From: Deferrisomatales bacterium
Lineage (GTDB): Bacteria > Desulfobacterota > Deferrisomatia > Deferrisomatales > JACRMM01
Direction of reading: 5' to 3'
DNA length: 24,061 bases
Assembly: GCA_033551855.1 (NCBI GenBank)
Contig: JAWSUI010000057.1
Coordinates: 1 to 24,061 of the forward strand
Under the pieces are notes generated by a model that was not told the origin of the DNA, ran no database searches, and worked only from the letters and a program-made list of their open reading frames with translations. Position numbers and translations under genes: made by a program. Below are positions 8,801 to 14,809 of the stretch, piece after piece. Position 1 is the stretch's first letter. Each line of letters opens with the position of its first letter.

Positions 8801-9092
8801 CCGGGGGGATTTCGCCGTCCTCAGCGTCTCGGACCGGGGCGCGGGCATCCCTGCCGCGCGACTGAACGAGGTGTTCGAGCGCTACCGCCAGGTCCGCGAT
8901 CCCGAGAAGGCCCACCCCCTGGGCACGGGTCTGGGGTTGTCGATCTCCAAGGAGATCGTCCAGCGCCTGGGCGGCCAGATCTGGGTGGAGAGCGAGCCGG
9001 GGGAGGGGACCACCTTCTTTTTCACCCTGCCCCTGGTGCCGGCCTCCACCGCGTCGCACCCCGACGGCACCCCCGGTACCCCCTCCGCGTGA
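5892..9092 (+). CDS. SLC5 (Na+/solute symporter)-STAC-GAF-HisKA-HATPase sensor histidine kinase, CrbS/CbrA-related (1066 aa)
   Basis: GTG 5892 follows GGAGG. SLC5-kinase motifs YSLSLAVYCTSWTFYGSVG, PYIGLQLKA, LPRQFH and GGFSAATGMVIV. STAC-like helices (LITRFVG..AERCLAGALGTPSAR) and a GAF domain (GEPVVLED..APMVHEGRSIGVL..LANQLALAVANARLY). H-box SHELRTP (H835), N-box NLLSNAAKF, G1 DRGAGI, G2 GTGLGL. No receiver domain. Confidence 0.92.
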   Translation: MISTFWVAFLGVAYVLGLFAIAYAADRARARGRSPVDNPWVYSLSLAVYCTSWTFYGSVGRAAGQGLGFLPVYLGPTLVFLLAPTVLRRVVAHARAEGVTSVPDLLESLYGKGRLLGALATTMLVIGVTPYIGLQLKAVGYTFDLLTGRPPAATLWDDAALWAALGLGLFSVLFGARTLVTTERHEGMVAAVAFESAVKLGVFLVLGVYIVWGIGGGLGAVFTEALARPELSHHFVLGEGSGTPFAEWVSVSILSACAVILLPRQFHMLAVENVREEHLRPAAWIFPAYLLLINLLVLPVALVGLLAGEPGSPDFFLISMPLSRGRIDLAFLAFVGGFSAATGMVIVASVALATMILHHPGIGLLGQFSVSLGKYNQADFSRHLLLAKRLVIFGVVLLGYGFKRWIGDSHTLVNIGLLSFSAVTQFAPAVFLGLYWRGGTRAGALTGLVLGFAVWSYTLLLPSVAESGWVGAAILFEGPWGVELLRPQALFGLAGLDPWTHALVWSLVFNLGGYVTASLLSKARPRASELSPRQTWASREDLEALITRFVGTEKAREVFAGLPERASPQVLVETAERCLAGALGTPSARTVIESFLAWPRDQAGEILDVFGGVSRSLEEGRGSMERRLRELMVLHEASSTLSKSLHIDTVLAEVLHLIHREFGFEYLGVRLLDPDGMLRIRSNVGLEPDYVRISAVPPSEETYFGTCFLRGEPVVLEDARHVDKPVFFRHLTQNVPVTALIHAPMVHEGRSIGVLTGYATRGPMHFTEEFVSLFAALANQLALAVANARLYAEVSDYSHAMEEKVRHRTAELEAANARLRELDRLKSDFLSTVSHELRTPLTSIRSFSEILLRYDVDKPEQRRKFIAIIQAEAERLSRMINELLDLSKIEAGRIELNPEPVGVEQAIRKALDVARPLLAEKGVLGRQDVERGLPLVHADSDRLQQVLANLLSNAAKFAPAESEVRVSARRRGDFAVLSVSDRGAGIPAARLNEVFERYRQVRDPEKAHPLGTGLGLSISKEIVQRLGGQIWVESEPGEGTTFFFTLPLVPASTASHPDGTPGTPSA

Positions 9093-9175
9093 AGCCCGGC
9101 GCACCGGGGCGTGCGGGGCCGCTGCTTCCCATGGCCGCGGATCGCGGGGAGGAGCGAAGGGGCTCCCCGGCCCCG
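9089..9175 (+). repeat. 87-bp dispersed intergenic repeat, copy A
   Basis: 78/87 identical, ungapped, to the reverse complement of 16238-16324. Confidence 0.8.
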
Positions 9176-9259
9176 CTCGGCTCGGCCGTTCACGCACCTT
9201 GACACGCGGTCGGCGAAGTCCGTATGTAGGCTCCCCTCGAGTCCCGCCGGGAGGAGCCC

Positions 9260-10396
9260 ATGGGAAAGGACTATTACGCCACCCTGGGGGTGGCGCGCAC
9301 GGCCTCGAACGAGGAGATCAAGAAGGCTTACCGCAAGCTTGCCCTCAAGTACCACCCCGACCGGAACCCCGGGGACGAGGGCGCGGAGGAGCGCTTCAAG
9401 GCCTGCGCCGAAGCCTACGAGGTGCTGGGAGACCCGGAGAAGCGCCGGCTCTACGACGCCTATGGGGAGGAGGGGCTGAGCGCCCGCGGGGTTCCCCACG
9501 GCTTCCGAGGGTTCGAGGACATCTTCTCTACCTTCGGCGACATCTTCGGCGACCTGGGTTTGGGATTCGGTGGGGGTGGCCGGCGGCGGGTGCGCCGGGG
9601 GCGGGACCTGCGGCACGAGGTCACGGTCACCCTGGCGGAGGTGGCCCGGGGGGACGTCCGGAAGATCCGGGTCCGCAAGCCCTCGGTCTGCCCCGACTGC
9701 GGCGGCCGGGGCGCGGCGTCCGCCGCGGACGTTCGCACCTGCCCGGCCTGTCAGGGGAGGGGCGCCGTGATCCAGGTGCTCCGCCAGGGCTTCACCACCT
9801 TCCAGACCACCCGGCCCTGCGGCGAGTGCGGGGGGACGGGCCGTCTCGTCACCCGGCCTTGTGAGGCCTGCCGGGGCGAAGGGATGGTGCGCGCCGAGAA
9901 AATCGTGGAGGTGCGCATCCCCGCCGGGGTGGAGGACGGCCAGCAGCTTCGCCTCGACGGGGAGGGAGAGGAGATCCCCGACGGGGTGCCCGGCGACCTC
10001 TACGTCGTCCTGCGGGAGGAGGAGCATCCGCTCTTCGAGCGCAGGGGCGCGGACCTCTTTGCCCCCCTTCGGGTGGACCTCCTCCGGGCGGTGGAGGGGG
10101 GCACCGTGGAGGTGGAGGGCCCCGGGGGCGACGCCGTGGCCGTGACCCTGGAGCCGGGGGTCCAGGCGGGCGCCGTGAAGGTGATCCGGGGGGGAGGCCT
10201 GCCGGTGCTGGGGCGGGGAAGGGCCCGGGGGGACCTCTACCTCCAGGTCTGGGTGACCACGCCCCAGGGGCTCGACCGGGAACGGGTGGCCGCCCTCCGG
10301 AAGGTACTGGAGGGCGCCCCCCTGTGCGCGGAGGAGATTCACCACCGGGGCTGGAAGGAGTGGCTCCGGGCCCTCTTCGGCGGCGGCCCGCCCTAG
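9260..10396 (+). CDS. dnaJ: Class A J-domain co-chaperone DnaJ (378 aa)
   Basis: J domain with HPD, a G/F region, four CxxCxGxG repeats ([32 protein letters not shown]) and the C-terminal domain (IPAGV, GDLYV). RBS GGAGGAG. Confidence 0.93.
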   Translation: MGKDYYATLGVARTASNEEIKKAYRKLALKYHPDRNPGDEGAEERFKACAEAYEVLGDPEKRRLYDAYGEEGLSARGVPHGFRGFEDIFSTFGDIFGDLGLGFGGGGRRRVRRGRDLRHEVTVTLAEVARGDVRKIRVRKPSVCPDCGGRGAASAADVRTCPACQGRGAVIQVLRQGFTTFQTTRPCGECGGTGRLVTRPCEACRGEGMVRAEKIVEVRIPAGVEDGQQLRLDGEGEEIPDGVPGDLYVVLREEEHPLFERRGADLFAPLRVDLLRAVEGGTVEVEGPGGDAVAVTLEPGVQAGAVKVIRGGGLPVLGRGRARGDLYLQVWVTTPQGLDRERVAALRKVLEGAPLCAEEIHHRGWKEWLRALFGGGPP

Positions 10397-10597
10397 TGCT
10401 ACAACCCGCGATCGTTTCTCCGCGTGCGTCCGGCGCGAGACCGTCCCTCCGGCGGGCAGGATCCCGGCGCGCCGTGCAGCTCGCGAGGCGGTTTCGAGCG
10501 GCCCTTCGGTGCGCCCGGCGCATCGTTCCAAGGCCGCCTGCCCGCTCCCCAGGAAGGCCCCGCGCCCGACTCTGACGCAACTCTCGCGATAGTATTA
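10394..10597. repeat. ~200-bp imperfect palindrome (possible second MITE-like element)
   Basis: Arms 10428-10460 and 10537-10570 are complementary at about 25/34 positions. Inner stems CCGGCGCGCCG/CGGTGCGCCCGG and GCTCG/CGAGC; ends TAGTGCTA and TAGTATTA. Confidence 0.5.
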
Positions 10598-10603
10598 ACG
10601 GAA

Positions 10604-10812
10604 GGTTCTTCCGGCAAACGACCGGGTGGGCCCGCCCCCTCCGGCGGACGATGCCGGACTGTACGGTAGATGGGCTCCCGCGCCGCATCCGGAATCCTCG
10701 CGGCATCGCGGCTCCCGAAACGGCTGCTCCCGTCGAGCGGCCGGCCGCCTGCGTGGCCGGGCCCACCCGGTCGCCCCTCGACGCGAGTACCCGGTGATTT
10801 CCCGGATGAACC
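10604..10812 (+). mobile_element. 209-bp MITE/REP-like structured repeat, copy 2
   Basis: Direct repeat of 183-391. TIRs GGTTCTTCCGGCAAACGACCGGGT and ACCCGGTGATTTCCCGGATGAACC match 20/24. Perfect internal 16-bp inverted repeat at 10619-10634/10758-10773. Confidence 0.78.
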
Positions 10813-10837
10813 CAAGGGAATGTGGGGGGCCCGGGCG

Positions 10838-11935
10838 CTACGCGGAGATCCTCCCTCCGGAATTGAGCAGCACCGCCCGCTCGAAGTCGGAGGGGTTGGT
10901 TGCGGCGCAGCGGGCGGTCTCGAACTCGATGACGCCCTGGTTGTAGAGGTCCATGAGGTGCTGGTCGAAGGACTGGGTGCCGTAGTTGTCCCGGCCCGCC
11001 TCGATCACGTCCTTGATCTCGTGGGTCTTCAACGGGTCCTTGATGCACTCCTCCAGGTGCCGGGTCATCCGAAGGATCTCCAGGGCGGCGACACGGCCCT
11101 TCCCCTCCTTGCGGGGGAGCAGCCGCTGGCTGACGGTGGCCTTGAGGTTCTCCGCGAGCCGGATCCGCACCATGTTCTGCTCCTCGGCCGGGAAGACGCT
11201 GATGAGGCGCCCCACGGTCTTCGCCGCGTCGGTCGTGTGCACGGTGCTGAAGACCAGATGGCCGGTCTCCGCGGCCTTGAGGGCCGTGTCGATGGTCTCC
11301 GTGTCCCGCATCTCCCCCACCAGGATGATGTCCGGGTCCTGCCGCAGGGCGGCCCGAAGCGCGATGTTGAAATTGGGGGTGTCGAGCCCGATCTCCCGCT
11401 GGCTCACCGAGCTCCTTCTGTTCCGGTGCACGAACTCGATGGGGTCCTCGATGGTGATGATGTGGGCGCGGGACCGCTCGTTGAGGTGGTCGATCATGGC
11501 CGCCAGGGTCGAGGACTTGCCGCTTCCGGTGACCCCGGTGATGAGGACCAGCCCCCGCTCCTCCAGGGCGATGTCCTCCAGGACCCGGGGAAGCCCCAGG
11601 CTCTGGAACGTCGGGATCTCCAGGGGGATCACCCGCAGGATCACCGCCAGGGTGTTGCGCTGGCGGTAGATGTTTACCCGGAAGCGTCCCACCCCGCTCA
11701 AAGAGTACGAGCCGTCCCACTCCCGGATGTCCTGCGGGGGAACCGGCGGGCTGGCCCCCGCCGTGACCAGTGCGGCGACCGCGGCCGTGTCCTCCGAGGA
11801 CAGGGGCGGGGTCTTGGCCTCCTGGAGCACGCCGTTCACCCGGAGCAGGATGGGGGTGTTCACCTTGAGGTGGACGTCGCTGGCCTGGGCCTTGAGCGCC
11901 CCGGCCAGAATCCTGTGAAACGTCTCTTTCTCCAT
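10838..11935 (-). CDS. pilT: Type IV pilus retraction ATPase, PilT/PilU family (365 aa)
   Basis: ASDVHL, RFRVNIY, Walker A GVTGSGKS, Asp box TIEDPIE, Walker B ALRQDPDIILVGEMRD and His box ETGHLVFSTVHT. The AIRNLIRE motif is replaced by HLEECIKD, so this is a paralogue. Confidence 0.9.
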   Translation of the reverse strand: MEKETFHRILAGALKAQASDVHLKVNTPILLRVNGVLQEAKTPPLSSEDTAAVAALVTAGASPPVPPQDIREWDGSYSLSGVGRFRVNIYRQRNTLAVILRVIPLEIPTFQSLGLPRVLEDIALEERGLVLITGVTGSGKSSTLAAMIDHLNERSRAHIITIEDPIEFVHRNRRSSVSQREIGLDTPNFNIALRAALRQDPDIILVGEMRDTETIDTALKAAETGHLVFSTVHTTDAAKTVGRLISVFPAEEQNMVRIRLAENLKATVSQRLLPRKEGKGRVAALEILRMTRHLEECIKDPLKTHEIKDVIEAGRDNYGTQSFDQHLMDLYNQGVIEFETARCAATNPSDFERAVLLNSGGRISA

Positions 11936-11989
11936 CGCGCGCTCCCGTCGCCCGGCCCCGGAGGGGCCGCTGGGGGGGGGCGGGCCCCG

Positions 11990-12208
11990 TCAGTGCAGGG
12001 CGCACATCCCGTGGGGGGCCAAGAGGTCCCGGCCGAACCAGCCGGGGATGTCGGCCTGCTCGTGAACCCTCCGGCAGGAGGGGCAGTAGGTGTACCAACG
12101 GCATCCCGGCCCTTGGGGACGGGTTACCGCGACCAGCCGGGGGTGGCCGCACTCCAGGCACTCCCCCCGGTGGCGCTCGAGTTGCACTCTCGCCTCCCTG
12201 ACCGGCAC
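11990..12208 (-). CDS. Small Cys-rich putative zinc-ribbon protein (72 aa)
   Basis: GTG 12208 with GAGGAG 7 nt upstream. MPVREARVQLERHRGECLECGH..CRWYTYCPSCRR..MCALH contains CxxC-x21-CxxC. Confidence 0.6.
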   Translation of the reverse strand: MPVREARVQLERHRGECLECGHPRLVAVTRPQGPGCRWYTYCPSCRRVHEQADIPGWFGRDLLAPHGMCALH

Positions 12209-12277
12209 CTCGGCTCTCCTCTCCCCCCTGCGCAGGCCAAAGGATCGGCAGGACTCTCCCTGCCCTTGAGCCCCCGG

Positions 12278-12306
12278 GTGACGGTGCGCCGCGGACTCGG
12301 TATGCT
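12278..12306 (+). promoter_or_regulatory. Candidate sigma70 promoter for the 12348 gene
   Basis: GTGACG, 17 nt, TATGCT, ending 41 nt upstream of GTG 12348. Confidence 0.35.
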
Positions 12307-12347
12307 GTTCCCCCGGAGCGCGGGGCCGGGGAGGGAGGAGGGCCGGG

Positions 12348-12854
12348 GTGGACGATCTGCGGATCTGGAGCCTGGGAGAGTGGGTGCACGCCCTCGCCCG
12401 CCGGGACCCCGTGCCGGCGGGCGGTGCCCTCGCTCTGGCGACCCTGGCCGGAGCCTCGGCCCTGGCGGCCAAGGCCGCTCGTCTCTCGGGACGCCCGCCG
12501 GAGCCCTGGGAGGAGCGGGCGGCACACTTGCTGGCCGAGGCCGCACGGGACGGGTGGCTGTACGCCGAAGCTGTCCGGGGGGGGGCGGGGGCTGTGCACG
12601 CCAGCCTGGAGGCGACCCTAGGGGCCCTGGGGGAGGCGGTGACCCTCTTGGAGGAGTTGGCCCCCCTCTTCCGGGGCCTGGGACCGGCCCTGGCGGCCGA
12701 CGCTGCCGCGGCCGAGCGCCTGGCCCGGGCGGGGGCCCAGACCCTGTCCCTGAACCTCGCGGCGAACCTGGCGGCGTGGGCGGGCCGGAGCCCGGGGCTC
12801 GACCCGCTGGCCCGGCGCTGGTCCGAGCTCAGGGCTCGCCTGGAGGAAGCATGA
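12348..12854 (+). CDS. Cyclodeaminase/cyclohydrolase (FTCD_C-like) family protein, divergent (168 aa)
   Basis: The N-terminus SLGEWVHALARRDPVPAGGALALATLAGASALAAKAARLS resembles the family pattern S+xEF+xxLASxxPxPGGGS. All-helical and Ala-rich, with C-terminal LSLNLAANL. RBS GGAGGAGG. Confidence 0.7.
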   Translation: MDDLRIWSLGEWVHALARRDPVPAGGALALATLAGASALAAKAARLSGRPPEPWEERAAHLLAEAARDGWLYAEAVRGGAGAVHASLEATLGALGEAVTLLEELAPLFRGLGPALAADAAAAERLARAGAQTLSLNLAANLAAWAGRSPGLDPLARRWSELRARLEEA

Positions 12855-13051
12855 GCGGATGGGGTTGTCCCCACGAGGAGGGGGGCAGGTGCCGAGAACG
12901 GGGGGCGCCCTGTGATCCCGGGGCCCGAGGTTGCGTGCTGGAGGAGAGGCTCCGGCTCACGGGGCTCGGTTCCCCCCCCTCGGGGTCGCAGGACCCGGAG
13001 GAGGAAGCACCCGGGAAGCCCGCGGGGGTCGGTCCGGTCCCTGAAGGGTAG
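12851..13051 (+). CDS. Small 4-Cys hypothetical protein (66 aa)
   Basis: ATGA overlap with the upstream stop and a GGAGG RBS at 12842-12846. MSGWGCPHEEGGRCRERGAPCDPGARGCVL is followed by a low-complexity tail. Confidence 0.7.
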   Translation: MSGWGCPHEEGGRCRERGAPCDPGARGCVLEERLRLTGLGSPPSGSQDPEEEAPGKPAGVGPVPEG

Positions 13052-13138
13052 GGTCGGCCGCACCCTGCCTGGGAGGAGCAGGGCCTCGAGTGCCCGCGTG
13101 GCGCGGCGTCGGGCACGCGCTCCGGAGCCGGACGGCCC

Positions 13139-14221
13139 TCACGGGAGGTCCCGGGGCCGCGGGACCGTGAAGCGGAAGGTCGTCCCCCCTCCGGGCTCGG
13201 ACTCCTCCACCCAGATCCTGCCGCCGCGGGTTTCGACAATCTTTCGGCAGATGGCCAGCCCGATCCCGGTTCCGGGATACTCGGAGGCTCCCCAGAGCCT
13301 CTCGAACAAGCGGAAGATCCGCTCCCGGTCAGCGGGGTCGATGCCGATGCCGTTGTCCCGGACGGCGAACACCCACTCGCCCGGGTGCTCCTCCACGCCC
13401 ACGTGCACCCGGGGCGGCTCGCCCCCCCGGAACTTGAGCGCGTTGCCGACCAGGTTCTGGAAGAGTTGGACGAGCTCCGTGGGGTGGCCGGGCACAGCCG
13501 GGAGGGGGTCGTGCGTAACCCGGGCGCCACAGGCCTCGATCTCGGCGGCGAGGTTCGCCAGGGCTTCCTCCAGGGCGGTGCCCGCCTCGACGGGGACCGG
13601 CTCCTGCCCCCCCCTCCCCACCTTCGAGTAGGAGAGCAGATCGCAGATCAGCGTCTCCATGCGCTCGGCGCCCCGGGCGGCCTGGTCCAGGTACGCGAGC
13701 CCGTCCGGGCCCAGCCGGTCCGCGAACCGTCGCCGCAGGAGTTGGAGGTAGCCCAGCACGGCCACGAGGGGGGACTTGAGGTCGTGGGCCGCCGCGGCCG
13801 CGTACTGCTCCAGCTCGGTGTTGGACCGGGCGAGCTCCAGGCTCTTCCGGGTGAGGGCGCGCCGGGCCGATTCCCGCTCGGCGAGCAGGGTGCGGCTCCG
13901 GTCCGTGACGAACGCGAGCACGGCGAAGACGAGAAACCCCCCCAGGGCGTTCCAGTAGGGGGCCTGGGGCAGCAGGTAGCGGTGACCGCCGAGGTGGTCG
14001 GCGGCGAGCCACGTCAGGGCGGCCCAAGCGGCGAGGGCGATCCCGTGCCCCAAGCCGGCCCTCCAGGCCACGAAGTACACGGGGCCCACGTAGAGGATCT
14101 CGGCGCTGAGCTCGATCCCGGTCGCGAGATCCACCAACCCGACCACCAGGACCAGCAGCGCCCCCTGGTACAGGCTGCGCCTCCGGGCTGCTGCGCGGGC
14201 CGGGGGGTGGCTCTTCGACAT
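13139..14221 (-). CDS. Membrane sensor histidine kinase (360 aa), orphan
   Basis: Start ATG 14221 (MSKSHPP). About 4 TM segments (DUF4118-like intramembrane sensor, inferred). Cph1-like core: RSNTELEQYAAAAAHDLKSP, QLFQNLVGNALKF, DNGIGI, IFRLFERL, GTGIGL. Confidence 0.88.
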   Translation of the reverse strand: MSKSHPPARAAARRRSLYQGALLVLVVGLVDLATGIELSAEILYVGPVYFVAWRAGLGHGIALAAWAALTWLAADHLGGHRYLLPQAPYWNALGGFLVFAVLAFVTDRSRTLLAERESARRALTRKSLELARSNTELEQYAAAAAHDLKSPLVAVLGYLQLLRRRFADRLGPDGLAYLDQAARGAERMETLICDLLSYSKVGRGGQEPVPVEAGTALEEALANLAAEIEACGARVTHDPLPAVPGHPTELVQLFQNLVGNALKFRGGEPPRVHVGVEEHPGEWVFAVRDNGIGIDPADRERIFRLFERLWGASEYPGTGIGLAICRKIVETRGGRIWVEESEPGGGTTFRFTVPRPRDLP

Positions 14222-14352
14222 CCGAGCGCTCCGAAGACGGAGGGGAAGGAAGCCGGCACTCAACCCAGGAGTATCACGGCAGCCCCGCACGGGCCAAGCA
14301 CGACGTCGGCCTGGGGCCGCCTCCCGTCGGCCCGGCGCCGTCGCGGGGGGCC

Positions 14353-14799
14353 TCAGGTCCCGGACGCGGGGTGGCAGGCGGTGCACCCCCGGTCCGAGAA
14401 GCCCCGGTGATCGTCCGGGAAGGGGAAGACCCCCTCCGGGCCGTGGCAGTCCCCGCAGCTCTCGTACCCCTCGAGGGGGTGGGGAAGGGGCGCGGCGGCG
14501 CCGGGGGAGGCGGGGGGAGGCGCAGAGGGGGCCGGGCCGGGGGCGTGGCAACGGGTGCAGCTCGCGGTGCTCCAGCCCAGGTGCCGGACAGGATAGGGCT
14601 TCACCCCTTGGGGGCCGTGGCAGGCGCCGCAGCGCTCCCGCCCCTCGATGGGGTGGGAGACCTCCTGGGCCTGGCTCGCTGCGGTGCCCGCGGAGAGCTC
14701 CCAGACCTCCGGTGACTGGACCACCGCGAAGACGACGGCCGCCAGGAGGATGAGCGCCCCCGTCACCGCCGCCAGGTGTCTGGAGTACAGCTCGCGCAT
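14353..14799 (-). CDS. Membrane-anchored/exported tetrahaem c-type cytochrome with two NapB-like dihaem repeats (148 aa)
   Basis: N-terminal hydrophobic helix; four CxxCH motifs (CGACH, CTRCH, CGDCH, CTACH) and four extra His; an internal duplication separated by a Pro/Ala linker. Confidence 0.88.
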   Translation of the reverse strand: MRELYSRHLAAVTGALILLAAVVFAVVQSPEVWELSAGTAASQAQEVSHPIEGRERCGACHGPQGVKPYPVRHLGWSTASCTRCHAPGPAPSAPPPASPGAAAPLPHPLEGYESCGDCHGPEGVFPFPDDHRGFSDRGCTACHPASGT

Positions 14800-14809
14800 G
14801 GCTTCTCCC

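Noticed and set aside
12140..12165. Haem-binding motif in the 72-aa ORF (CLECGH)
   Set aside because: It is CxxCxH, not CxxCH, and there is no export signal.
14256..14274. CIRCE-like GCACTC-N7-GAGTAT
   Set aside because: The spacer is 7 rather than 9, the outer TTA/TAA arms are missing, and it is not upstream of a chaperone gene.
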